Of a stretch of DNA of 64,000 nucleotides, positions 1-11,709 are shown one piece after another (the first letter of the stretch is position 1; every line of letters starts with the position of its first letter). The stretch is from NCBI RefSeq assembly GCF_006345805.1, contig NC_043000.1:2170001-2234000 (forward strand). Reading direction: 5' to 3'. A program made the position numbers and the translations under genes. The notes under the pieces were generated by a model. That model made no database searches. It was not told the origin of the DNA and saw nothing but the letters and a program-made list of their open reading frames with translations. Source of the DNA: Octopus sinensis (lineage: Eukaryota).

Positions 1-73
1 TATGTATGCATGTATGTGTATTTATTTATATATGTGTATATATGTATATATATGTTTATATATATGTGCATGT

Positions 74-117
<44 letters not shown>

Positions 118-270
118 TATATATGTATGCATATATATATATGTATGTATGTATATAAGACTTACTTGGAAAAGGATGAGATCATATAATAATATTATTA
201 ATATATAAATACATGCATATATATGTACATACATGTGCTTACCTACATATATATGTATATATATAGACAT
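1..270. repeat. (TA)/(TG)-rich compound microsatellite
   Basis: Alternating TA/TG/CA dinucleotides; the Y/I/C/M-rich ORFs here are translation artefacts. Confidence 0.95.
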
Positions 271-790
271 ATATGGTTACAGGTCATCTCAAAAACGTAG
301 ACAGCATGAGAAACGATAACATAAATAACAAAAATAAAAAAGAAACTTTTTTTCGAACAATGAAAAAATAACAGAGAATGAGACATGTAAAATTAAGAAC
401 ATTCCCTTCATCAGTTGTCATGTGTTTTATCTACTCCTTTATTTTTGAAGTTATGGACAAGACTCTACTTCATTAAAACAGTCCTTCATGCAAAGCAAAT
501 TAAATAAATTTCAGGATTCTTTTGCAGTGTATGAAAGTGGTAACAAAAACAGGACAGTGAGGAAGAACAGTAAAGACAAATGGTGAGGTCTGTTAAGCGA
601 AGATAATGTGAAGTTGTAAATGCTGGAAAAAACGAGCTTTGAGAAGAGACTGATAAAAGCATGTCTTATTTTTAGGAAGGAAGTGGAAGAAAGAAAGGAT
701 GGCCGTTGGTCACGTGTGAGCAACAAGAGAGTCAAGGAGGCAGAGTGAGAGAGAGAGAGAGGGAACTGTGAAGGGGAGAGGAGAAGAATA
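271..790. mobile_element. Interspersed repeat family P1, copy 1 (possible Penelope-derived non-autonomous element)
   Basis: Aligns along its length with 1085-1625 (e.g. AAGAACATTCCCTTCATCAGTTGTC, GGCCGTTGGTCACGTGTGAGCAAC) and in part with 2960-3410; embedded in TA repeats. Confidence 0.6.
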
Positions 791-1084
791 GGGAAAGGGT
801 GGGAGAGAAAAACAGAAAAGAATAAGAATAAGAGAGGGAGATAGACAGAAAAGAGATAGAATAAGTGTGCGCATTATAATTATTAAGGTAAAACTTATTT
901 GCAAAAGTATGTGTGGTGTTCGATCATATAATAATATAAATAATATATAAATATATGCATATATACATATATGCACATACCTACATATATATGTATATAT
1001 ATGTACAGTCCAACCCATGCTAGCATGGAAAGCGGACGCTAAACGATGATGATGATGATGATGATGATATATATACATGCATAT

Positions 1085-1625
1085 ATGGTACAGGACATCA
1101 ACAAAATGTAGATAAAATGAGAAACGAGAACATAGAATACAAAAACAGAAGATGAACTTTTTTCCGAACAACGAAAAAAAAACAGAGAAACGAGACATAA
1201 AGAACATTCCCTTCATCAGTTGTCCTCTGTTTTATCTACTCCGTATTTTGAAGGTAAGGACAAGACACGTCTTCGTTAAAACTGTCCTTCCTTGCTAAGC
1301 AATTTAAATAAAATTTGGGATTTTTTGCAGAGTGTGAAAGTGGTACAAATGGTGAGGGCTGTTAAGCCAAGACGATGTGAAGAGGTGAACGGTGGATAAA
1401 CAAGCTTTGAGAAGAGACAGACGAAAGCACATCTTGTCTTTAGGAAGGAAGTGGAAGACAGAAAGAATGGCCGTTGGTCACGTGTGAGCAACGAGAGAGT
1501 CAAGGAGGAAGAGTGAGAGAACTGATGAAGGGAATGTTCTTAATGTTGCTTGTCTCATTTTTCTGGTTTCTTTCATTGTTCACAAAAAACGATTGTTTTC
1601 TATTTTCTATGTTTTTGTTTTATGT
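1085..1625. mobile_element. Family P1, copy 2, with terminal inverted arms
   Basis: AGAACATTCCCTTCATCAGTT (1201-1221) is the reverse complement of AACTGATGAAGGGAATGTTCT (1520-1540), and weaker similarity extends outward. Inverted pseudo-LTR arrangements are typical of Penelope-like elements. Confidence 0.55.
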
Positions 1626-1777
1626 TCCATTTCTAATTATATTATGTGTGTGTGTGTGTGTGTATAAATATATGCATCTATATATCCATATATATATACA
1701 ATATATATATATATATCTATATTATATATAGATATATTATAATATATCTATATATATATGTATATATATATATATAT

Positions 1778-1827
<50 letters not shown>

Positions 1828-1941
1828 ATATGTATATATATATATATGATATATTATATATATATGTATATATATATATATGTGTATTATATATATATTA
1901 TATCATATATATATATGTATATATATATATGTATATATATG

Positions 1942-1973
<32 letters not shown>

Positions 1974-2070
1974 CATACTATATATACATACATATATATA
2001 TAATACTATATATACATACATATTATATATATACATATATACATACATATATATATATATACATATATAC

Positions 2071-2101
<31 letters not shown>

Positions 2102-2560
2102 CATATATATAATATATACATATATATATATATACATATATATATACACACACAATATATATACATATATATATATATATACATATATATATACACATAT
2201 ATATAGATACACACATATATATATACACACAATATATTATATACCCATATAATATACACATATATATATATAACACACATATATATATATACACACATAT
2301 ATATATAGATAACACACATATATATATATATACCACACATATATATATATACACATATATATAATATACACATATAATATTTCACATATATATATATATA
2401 TCACACATATATATATAATACACACACATATATATATATACACATATATATATATATCACATATATATATTCACATATTATATATATACACATATATATA
2501 TATATAACCATATAATATATGCATATATATATATGCATATATACATATATATGCATATAT
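1626..2560. repeat. Long (TA)n/(TACA)n compound microsatellite
   Basis: About 900 bp of near-pure alternating purine-pyrimidine sequence. Confidence 0.95.
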
Positions 2561-2565
2561 CTTCA

Positions 2566-2775
2566 TCATCATCATCATTTAGCGTCTGCTTTCCATGCTA
2601 GCATGGGTTGGACGATTTGACTGAGGACTGGTGAACCAAATGGCTGCACCAGGCTCCAATCTGATCTGACAGAGTTTCTACAGCTGGATGCCCTTCCTAA
2701 TGCCAACCACTCTGAGAGTGTAGTGAGTGCTTTTATGTGCTACCGGCATGAGGGCCAGTCACGTGGTACTATATA
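2566..2775 (-). mobile_element. SINE family A (3' part, (GAT)n tail)
   Basis: Reverse complement of the ...GGAAGGGCATCCAGCTGTAGAAAC...CCAACCCATGCTAGCATGGAAAGCGGACG(T/C)TAAATGATGATG consensus seen more than 15 times in the window. Confidence 0.85.
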
Positions 2776-2959
2776 TGTACTTGGTTTTGTTTCGTTTCTT
2801 CTTCTTCTCTAAGCTGGTTTTTATATATAATTATGACGCGAAACTCCATAACTCCTTCTCTCTTTCTTTCACCCTCTTTTGCTTCCTTCCTCTCTATCTC
2901 TCTCCTCCTCATCTCTCTCACAGCCGGGTCTTCGAACTTCCTTTTGCCGGTGGCCTTAT

Positions 2960-3410
2960 TCAAGTAAACATGTTTCTTCCTGCGCTCGTGAAAAAAAAAT
3001 TTTTTTGCCCATCTAGGCTTATAGGCCCTCTTTATTTGTTTTCCTGTCCTGTTTCTATTCTTTCTTGTACTGTATTTTTTGTAATTGTATTTTTATTTTG
3101 TATTCGTTTTTAATTGTATTGTTTTTACATCCTGTTTTTGTCACATTTTTTTTCCTTGTTTTTACCCCTCTGCAAAGGAATTTTATTTAATTCTTTCGCA
3201 GGAAGGACTAGTTCGACGAGACGTGTTCTGTCCTCACCTTTGAAACACGCTGGAGTTGAACTAGGGACAGCTGATGAAGGGGATTTTTCCTTGTGTAGTT
3301 GTCTTGTACTCTGTTTTTTCGTTGTTAAAGGAATGGTCCGTTCCATGTTGTTTTTACGTTTTCGTTTCTCGTTGAGTTCTACGTCTATTTGTGGTGTCCT
3401 GTACACACGT
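2960..3410. mobile_element. Family P1, copy 3 (opposite orientation, CpG-retaining)
   Basis: 3211-3285 (GACGAGACGTGTTCTGTCCTCACC...GGACAGCTGATGAAGGGG) matches the reverse complement of 1201-1300. Confidence 0.5.
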
Positions 3411-3515
3411 ATATATATTTATATATGCATGTATATATACATGTAGATGTAGGTACGTACATATATGTTTGTATGTATGCATATATTTTATTTATTACAC
3501 TATTATATATATTTA

Positions 3516-3551
<36 letters not shown>

Positions 3552-4019
3552 ACAGCTTCCATTGAAGTTACAGGGACTAACTTAGAAGCTATAAATTAGC
3601 ATTAATTATGTCCAATTAACAAAGCTGTATATCCCCACTAGGTAAAACTTCTTTGGCTTTCACCGCTGGTGAACCCTGCCACCATCCTCATTATGAACAT
3701 TAGCACCAAATTTAGGAACTTATGAACACGTGGAAATATGAAAGTCGTTAAATCTAAGACTATGGAAATTAACAAACTCTCTTTTTTATCCTCCGACTGA
3801 CACATGGAATTATGTAAGTCACTAAAATTTAAGACTAATGTTTTAACAAACACCCTTCCTTTTTTACTTCTGTTTTATCTTTGCCATCTAATCGTTTTGA
3901 AAATGTTTATCAATTGTAACACGATAAATGCAAATTTACTCCATTTTGATAAATAGAAACAGCTGTAAACTTGCTCCTAATTTAATTAAATAACGACTTT
4001 AAAAAAACCAATGATCCAC

Positions 4020-4565
4020 AATGATCCATATATGCATATATATATATGCATATATACATATGCATATATATATATATATATATATATATGCTTATATACA
4101 TGGATATATATATATATATGATATATGCATACATATATGTATATATATATGGATATATATATATATGTGCATTCATATATATGATATATGCATACATATA
4201 TATATATATGGATATATATATATATATGCATACATATATATATATATATGGATATATATATATATATGCATACATATATATATATATGGATATATATATA
4301 TGTGCATACATATATATGAATATATATATATGCCTACATATATATGGATATATATATATATGTGCATACATATATATGAATATATATATATACGCATACA
4401 TATATATGAATATATATATGCACGCATATATATGGATATATATGCAGATCTATCTATATGTGTGTGTGTATATATCTATATATATATATATGCATATGTA
4501 TGTCTATATGGATGTACATATGCATGTATATATGAATGTATATATTTATATGTATATATATATCT
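4020..4565. repeat. TA-derived minisatellite (ATATATGGATATATATAT...ATGCATAC units)
   Basis: Repeated units of roughly 35-45 bp with recurring GGAT, GCAT and GAAT interruptions. Confidence 0.85.
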
Positions 4566-5662
4566 TATAATAATTCTGCTTGTTTTAACTATGTTACTTA
4601 TCCCATTGGTAACACTTTCACATAATTAGAGAAAAAGAGGGAGAAAGAAAAGGGAGTGAGAAGCGCCAATGACAGGAGGTAGAGGGAATGTAATGGTAAC
4701 ACTTTGAAGTGATTTATTGAAGGGGAAAGAGAGGAAAGAAAACGGTGAGAGAGAAAAAGGCGATAAATCGAAAAGTGAGATGGAATGTGAGAGAGAAAAA
4801 GTATTTCCATGATACATGGTTGGGGGAACATAATATTTATTATGTGATTAAAAAAAGATAGCTGAAATTATTGATATAGAGAAAGAGAGTTGGAAATATA
4901 ATTCTAGCAGAGGGGTGAGATTCTGATAATGAGGTTAAAGAAAGGCAGAGAGAGAGGGGGAGGAGAAAGGAGGGAGGGAGATGATGATGGTGGTGATAAG
5001 TATATTTTTTTTTAATTGAACTTTGATTTTTATATCGCCTATCACATATCACATGTGCATAATTGCAATTCCATGAAATATTCACATATGGCAGACGCAT
5101 GCAATTTAAGTAAAGGTTGTATCATATGTATGGGATATTTTTTTTCTGTTTATGGGGAAAATGGAAGAATAAGAGTGAATATTTACTTTATGAGTGCTGT
5201 GTAATAAGTCTATAAAATTGTGCATAAAGTATATAAAGTGTATATATAAAGTGTATATATAAAGTGTATATATAAAGTGTATATATAAAGTGCATTAAGT
5301 AATCATCGTATTCCAATGTCTTTCACATTTTGATGAATTGCAGATGACTGATTATCTTAGACACAACACAGGCTACACTTTCAGGTTTTTTGGATAAAGT
5401 TTTCAGAAATAGCCCCATAGGTTTACCATTAATTCTGTGAAATATTCACAGATCCCACTAGTGTATATATAATTTTTCATTAGGCATCCCATTTAAAATG
5501 TCCTGCGAGGTGTAGTTTGCCTGTGACTGGTTTATAGTTTATTTATAGCACCTGTAAGCCATTGGAGGTTTCATTAAATGGATTTATCAAAGCAATCAGT
5601 TAGGTGAAAAAGTGGAGGGTATAAGGAGTACCCTTTGGAAGATTCCTTTTCTTATGAATATA

Positions 5663-5800
5663 GGAGGCGTTAGGAAGGGCATCCAGCTGTAGAAACATTG
5701 CCAGATCAGACTGGGCCTGATGAAGCCTTCTGGCTTCCCAGACCCCAGTTGAACTGTCCAACCCATGCTAGCATGGAAAGCAGACGCTAAATGATGATGA
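5663..5800 (+). mobile_element. SINE family A, 3' fragment
   Basis: GGCGTTAGGAAGGGCATCCAGCTGTAGAAAC...GCATGGAAAGCAGACGCTAAATGATGATG. Confidence 0.85.
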
Positions 5801-5857
5801 GTATAAGGCTTATTTAATTATCTTCACTTTGCTTTGTTGTGATATGGTTGTTACATC

Positions 5858-6065
5858 ATCATCATCATCATCATCATTTAACATCCGTTCTCCATGCTAG
5901 CATGGGTTGGATGGTTCGACCGGGGTCTGGGGAGCCAGGTGCTGCCCCAGGCTCCAGTCTGATCTGGCAGTGTTTCTACAGCTGGATGCCCTTCCTAACG
6001 CCAACCACTCTGTGAGTGTAGTGGGTGCTTTTTATGTGCCACCTGCACGGGTGCCAGACAGACGG
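5858..6065 (-). mobile_element. SINE family A, 3' fragment (inverted relative to 5663-5800)
   Basis: (CAT)n followed by TTTAACATCCGTTCTCCATGCTAGCATGGGTTGG...GTGCCACC. Confidence 0.85.
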
Positions 6066-6683
6066 AGCTGTTTGTTGATTTGTTGCTAGAGCAAGTATTT
6101 ATATTGGTCCCTCAAACTTTGGTTTTGTCATGTTGGCTCCACCTTCTATCATTTTTTGTTATTGTTTCTGTTAGGTTTTCCTCAATAATATCTCTGATTG
6201 ATCTGTTGCAATGTATGATCTTGTTCTGTTTTATTTCGGTTAAGTGTATGATTGAATGTCTATTTTTACACATTCGCTGACAAATTTTTCTGCAATATAT
6301 GGGTAGTTTATCCTGTTCATGCTATTGTATTAGCATTATACTGCATTTGTGAATAAATTATTTCTGTATCTTTCAATACATCTCAATGCTTCTAAAGCAA
6401 ACTTTGTTTGCTTTATCGTAAGTTGAATATATATATATATATTCCTGATGATTTCTTTTGAATGAAACAGTTCTAGTCCTGTAGAAGCTCCTTCTATAAA
6501 ATAAAAATATATATATATATATATATATATATACGATGGTCTGATTTCAGTTACTGTCTACCATATCCACTCACAAGGATTTGGTTGGCCAGAGGCTATA
6601 GTAGAAGATACTTGCCAAGGTGCTGTGTGGTCGGTAAGCAAGCTACTTACCACATAGCCATTCCTGCGCATATATATATATAT

Positions 6684-6838
6684 TTTCAAATTCCTTCTCT
6701 GGATCTTTCCTTCTCCTATGTTTCCGACGAAGAGCTCCGCTCGAAACGTTAAACCCTCCTTCTTTTCTGAGCGTCCAATAATACTATATTTGTTCCATGT
6801 CCTCGCGTTGTTGTTTTTTTGTGCTTTCTTGTTTGGAT

Positions 6839-6843
<5 letters not shown>
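6684..6843 (+). mobile_element. Short TA-embedded repeat family H1 with minimal hammerhead-like motif
   Basis: Near-identical to 49600-49765; contains GTTT-CCGACGA-A-GAGC-TCC-GCTC-GAAACGTT-AAAC at 6720-6754. Confidence 0.65.
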
Positions 6844-6889
<46 letters not shown>

Positions 6890-7139
6890 TAATCATATCA
6901 AAGAGAAATGGAATTTAATTAAAATTTAAAACATTCAATTAAAATTTACATTTCCAGCGGTCTAACGCGTAAAAAAATTTTAGTCAAAAAGACTATATAT
7001 TAGTCATACGATATAGTGTATATTTAAACACATAGAGAATCCACTTACAGGGATTCTACGTGCTAGAAAGAACAGCTAAGTTCTATGACCACAAAAAATT
7101 CGGGATAAAATATATATAAGTGTTATATGTATATATATA

Positions 7140-7199
<60 letters not shown>

Positions 7200-7200
<1 letters not shown>

Positions 7201-7366
7201 ATCTTGTTTCTCTGCTTGTTTTTTTTCTGTGTAATCTTTCTGTCGAAGAGCGTAGGCTCGAAGTGTAAAAGACTTTTTCTATTTCTATTCCTGAGCGCTA
7301 TACTAATACATTTGTTTGTTTGTACTCCACCTGCCTTCGTCTTTTGTTTATTTTCGTAAACTTTCC

Positions 7367-7370
<4 letters not shown>
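7200..7370 (+). mobile_element. Short TA-embedded repeat family H2 with hammerhead-like motif
   Basis: Homologous to 52655-52845; CTTT-CTGTCGA-A-GAGC-GTAG-GCTC-GAAGTGTA-AAAG at 7236-7271. Confidence 0.6.
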
Positions 7371-7422
<52 letters not shown>

Positions 7423-7617
7423 TTATGGAATGGAATAGGAAAAATCTTGGCTACTATGTTTGAAAGCAAGTAGAACCTCAAAAGTGATAAAATCCAAGTG
7501 AGGTGTATACTGCAGGCTACTCTTCAGGCCAAGGATATCTCGATTAGATTAAAGATAACATTGTTGCTACACTCACACACACACACACACACACATACAT
7601 ATTGTTATAATGTTTAA

Positions 7618-7836
7618 GGCGGCGAGCTGGCAGAATTGTTAGCACGCCGGGCGAAATGCATAGCTGTATTTCGTCTACCGTTACATTCTGAGTTCAAATT
7701 CCGCCGAGGTTTCATCCTTTCAGGGTCGATTAAATAAGTACCAATTACACACTGGAGTCGATATAATCGACTTAATCCATTTGTCTGTCTTTGTTTGTCC
7801 CCTCTATGTTTAGCCCCTTGTGGGTAGTAAAGAAAT
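7618..7836 (+). mobile_element. SINE family D (GGCGGCGAGCTGGCAGAA head)
   Basis: tRNA-like head with B-box-like GAGTTCAAATTCC and conserved CCTTTCATCCTTTCGGGGTCGATAAAT body; flanked by a near-perfect direct repeat CATA(T/C)TGTTATAATGTTT (TSD). Confidence 0.9.
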
Positions 7837-7949
7837 ATACATACTGTTATAATGTTTTATGTTAAAATTGTCTGGGAGCATTCTGTTCAAGATGAGTCGT
7901 AGTTCATCAAGCATCTCCTGTTGCATATATGCACACTATGTGACAGCAT

Positions 7950-8700
7950 TCTGTTGAAGATGAGACATAGCTATTTGTCTGTTTGCAGCTAGTCTTGTAG
8001 CATTCTCTTGAGGCAAGCCCCTTGTTTACTGTTTCACTAAAGTCTTCTATGAGGTACATTTCTGGTAGCATTAGCTCAAAGTCTTTATTGTTACTCATCT
8101 ATTTTTGCTTTCCATGTCTTCAGAGCACACTCGTCGTATACGGCAGGAGAGCATGTTGTGTGAGGCACACTTTACATGGGATAATCGATGGAAATATCAT
8201 CAGCAAAAGTGCAATTGTAAGGTAGAGGAAAAATGTGATTTAAAGTAGAAATGCAATTATGAGGTAAAAGAAAGATGCAAAAGATTTGAAAATGTGAGCA
8301 CTGAGTGTCTAATTTGAATGACAAGAGATGTGAGAATGTAAACAAAGGAGATAAACAAAGAACTTAATTACAAAACGGTAAGAAATAGCTGAAGGAGCTA
8401 TGGAAAATATCTTAATAATCAGCCAGCATATCTTTATTATCAAAATATCTTTATTATCAGCTAAGCAGTGCGTATACGAAGAAAGGATGTTTTAAATAGA
8501 ACACTTATCTGTTTTTTTAAAAATTCTTTCCAACTCTGGCTGCAACACAGATTCCATTCCTGCTCATGCGTATATATGCAAGAAAATTGGGTAGTTTTCT
8601 TAACTCTTTCCTTCTCTTCAGCAAGATGGCCATAAATGCAATTCACTCTGCAAATTGTTATACACAGCAACAAATCTTTATTGAAAGTTGCTTGTGTAGA
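7950..8700 (-). pseudogene. Possible very degenerate RTE-type LINE ORF remnant
   Basis: Minus-strand fragments such as KTLVKQ*TRGLPQENATRLAANRQ loosely resemble the RTE C-terminal W.D.IK.WTGL...RLA.DR motif; many stops. Confidence 0.3.
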
Positions 8701-8929
8701 TCAATTTGCATTTGTTTAAATGCATCTGTTTGGAAGAAGATGGACATACAATAAAGGGAGAAAGGTGTGGCACTATGTTGAGGCTCCCTTCACTCAACTT
8801 GTGTTCTGAACCATTTTTTGTCTATGAACCCCTTCGATTTCTATTTTACTCTACTGGACCTCCATAGCCATTCAACGTATATAAAAAGAAATCCTATTGT
8901 ATTTTTAGCATTAAACATCATTCTTTTTT

Positions 8930-9145
8930 ACTCTTTTACTTGTTTCAGTCATTTGACTGTGGCCATGCTGGAACACTGCCTTTAGTCAAGCAAATCGACC
9001 CCAGGACTTAGTCTTTGGAGCCTAGTACTTATTCTATCGGTCTCTTTTGCCGAACCACTAAGTGACGGGGTCGTAAACACACCAGCATCGGTTGTTAAGC
9101 GATGTTGGGGAGACAAACACAGACACACAAACATATACACACACA

Positions 9146-9180
<35 letters not shown>

Positions 9181-9315
9181 GATGGGCTTCTTTCAGTTTC
9201 TGTCTACCAAATCCACTCACAAGGCTTTGGTCAGCCCGAGGCTATAGTAGAAGACACTTGCCCAAGGTGCCACGCAGTAGGACTGAACCCGGGACCATGT
9301 GGTTGGTAAGCAAGT
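8930..9315 (-). mobile_element. SINE family B (CORE-like; AAGTAAAAGAGT tail)
   Basis: Reverse complement of GGTTCAGTCCCACTGCGTGGCACCTTGGGCAAGTG...GTCGATTTGCTCGACTAAAGGCGGTGCTCCAGCATGGCC...; CCTTGGGCAAG resembles the start of the CORE domain. Confidence 0.9.
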
Positions 9316-9549
9316 GCATTGTAGAACTATAACCAATTTACTGGACATAAATTTCAACAACAAATCTTATATGAACCCCTAAGGGCCATATGAACCCCAG
9401 TTGAAAACCTCTGGTTTAGGTTATGATCATCTCCGATCAAACAGATCTCTGATTAAAAGCATGCCTTCTGGGACATGCTGGTGTAGGAAGAAGTGGAGGA
9501 GATGGCGGTTGTGTAAAAGAAATGATGTGGTGTTAGAGAAGAATAATTA

Positions 9550-9941
9550 GAATTCTTTTCTACTCTAGGCACAAGGCTTGAAATTTTGGGGGAAGGGGCC
9601 AGTTGACTAGATCGACCCCAGTACGCAGTTGGTACTTATTTAATCGACCCCAAAAGGATGAAAGGCAAAATCGACCTCAGTGGAATTTGAACTCAGAATG
9701 TAAAGACAGATGAAATACTTATTTCTTTACTACCCACAAGAGGCCAAACACAGAGAGGACAAACAAGGACAGACAAACGGATTAAGTCAATTACATCGAC
9801 CCCAGTGCGCAACTGGTACTTATTTAATCAACCCCGAAAGGATGAAAGGCAAAGTCGACCTCGGCGGAATTTGAACTCAGAATGTAGCGGCAGACGAAAT
9901 ACCGCTAATGTGTGCTAATGTTTCTGCCAGCTCGCCGCCTT
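9550..9941 (-). mobile_element. SINE family D, composite (internal duplication of the central domain)
   Basis: Two copies of ATCGACCCC...GGATGAAAGGCAAA...CGACCTC; AGAAGAATAATT direct repeats on both sides. Confidence 0.8.
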
Positions 9942-9959
9942 AGAAGAATAATTGGTATT

Positions 9960-10291
9960 AAAAAGTAATAAGGAGGGAAAGTAAGAGGTAGTTGAAACAT
10001 GAGAGTGAGGTGGTGTGAAGAAAGTAATAAGGATAGAAAGGGAACTTAATAGAAGCAAATGAGAGACTGGTGAGGATAGAGGAGGAGGAAGGGAGGCAGA
10101 AAGGTAGAAGAGGCATTTATAGTATTAAAGTGACAAAGGAGAAAGATAAAGAGAGAATAGACAGAGTGGAAGAGAGAAAGTGCATGTGTGTGTGAGAGGG
10201 AGAGAGAGAAAGAATAAAATGAGACAAAATGAGAGAGAGAGAATGAAAAAAGATAAAATGAGAGAGAGAGAAAGAAAGAATAAAAAGATGT

Positions 10292-10322
<31 letters not shown>

Positions 10323-10800
10323 AAGAATAAAAAGAGATAAAATGAGAGAGAGAGAGAAAGAGAATGAAAAAATATTAAATGAGAGAGAGAGAAAGAAAGA
10401 ATAAAAAGAGGCAAAATGAGAGAGAGAGAGAGAAAAGCATGAGAAAGGAGAAAAAAGTGAGAAAGTTGATAAGAGATACAGAAAAAGAAAGTGATGAAAA
10501 AACTTGATAGGAAAGGAGATAAAAGAAAGTGAAATAATAATTGAAAGGAAATGAGAGAGAAAAGAGAAAGTAAGAGGAATTAGAAATATTAGAGTAGCAA
10601 GAGAGAAGGATGTAGAGATTGAAAGAGAATGGAAACGAAAAGATTAAGAGGTGTTAATAGTATTAAAGAGGTAGAGAGACAAAGATGATAAAGAGGAGAG
10701 AATGAGGGAGGAAGAGGACTGAAAGAATAGGAGACAGAGAGTGTGAATGGTAGAATGAGAGGGGGAGAGAGAGAGAGGCAGATGAGAGGAAGCAAAGAAG
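9960..10800 (+). repeat. Polypurine (AG)n/AAAAT minisatellite tract
   Basis: Strongly purine-biased strand with repeated AAAATGAGAGAGAG...AAGAATAAAAAG units at 10200-10430. Confidence 0.85.
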
Positions 10801-10816
10801 TTATAATAACAGAAAA

Positions 10817-11035
10817 GGTGGCAAGCTGGCAGAAACGTTAGTGCGCCGGTCGAAATGTTTAGCGGTATTTCGTCTGTCGTTATGTTCTGAGTTCAAATTC
10901 CGCCGAGGTCGACTTTGCCTTTCATCCTTTCGGGGTCGATAAATAAAGTACCAGTTTTGCAACTGGGGTCATTATGATTCCTTTGTCCTTGTTTGTCCCC
11001 TCTATATTTAGCCACTTGTGGGCAGTAAAGAAATA
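10817..11035 (+). mobile_element. SINE family D
   Basis: Same head and body; TATAATAACA(TA)GAAAAG direct repeat on both flanks. Confidence 0.9.
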
Positions 11036-11320
11036 TATAATAACATAGAAAAGAGTGATAAGAAAAGTTAAAATGCTCACAAAAGCATCGGAGCTATGAA
11101 AGCAGATGACAATAAGAGAGGTGGTAAAGATTTCAGGGAGAATCAGGAAGAGGTAGAGAAGTAAATGACAGCACTGTGGTGGCAGTGGGCAGTTACAAAG
11201 TAAAGAAAGATGAAAGATGGAGAGTTGTGATGACTGGGAAGAAGAGATGGTGACTTACATACATACATACACTTACACAAACACACACTCACTCAGAGAC
11301 TTTCTTAAATATATGATAGA

Positions 11321-11709
11321 CTAGCAGTATCGCCCGGCGTTGCTCGGGTTTGTTTCGACCCTTTAGAATTGGAATTTTTGAAAAGTAAAAATTTTGCATT
11401 ATGTAGCTTGTTATTCTCTTTAAGTGAACATTTTTTCTGGTTGAAATACACCGAAAAATGGCAAGACAGCAATCAAAAAATTGTAAAAAATAGGGATTTT
11501 CATAGAAAAAAATCACCTTTTTGATGTAAATAATTTTTGGTCTTAACATGGTCCGATTTGAATTTTTTATTCTACAGAATGAAGAGCAAGCCTTCTTCTA
11601 TCATACTCTCAATTTTGGTCAACTTGCACTGCAGGGTCTCAGAGGAGATAATGTTAGTTGAAGGTTACCAAACCATACACAGACAACTTCAGCTTTATAT
11701 AGAGAGAGA
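11321..11709 (-). mobile_element. Non-autonomous Helitron, type I
   Basis: On the minus strand: 5'-TC start (A|TCTCTCTCTATATAAAGCTGAAG), subterminal hairpin CCCGAGCAACGCCGGG, 3'-CTAG|T; canonical Helitron termini at an AT target. Confidence 0.85.

Noticed and set aside
1646-2443. Many 60-155 aa Y/I/C/M-rich ORFs (also at 3982-4629, 17339-17836, 42719-43567, 54419-55336, 62677-63294)
   Set aside because: Translations of (TA)n/(CA)n microsatellites, which lack stop codons in several frames.
3190-3290. Possible permuted hammerhead around CCTTTGAAAC...GTT...CTGATGAAGGGG in family P1
   Set aside because: Stem I cannot be formed in any of the three copies; only the CTGATGA half-core is convincing.
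3638-3853. 71-aa hydrophobic minus ORF, and a plus-strand GTAAGT donor at ~3813
   Set aside because: No recognisable family, weak acceptors, and stops in the plausible plus-strand frames.
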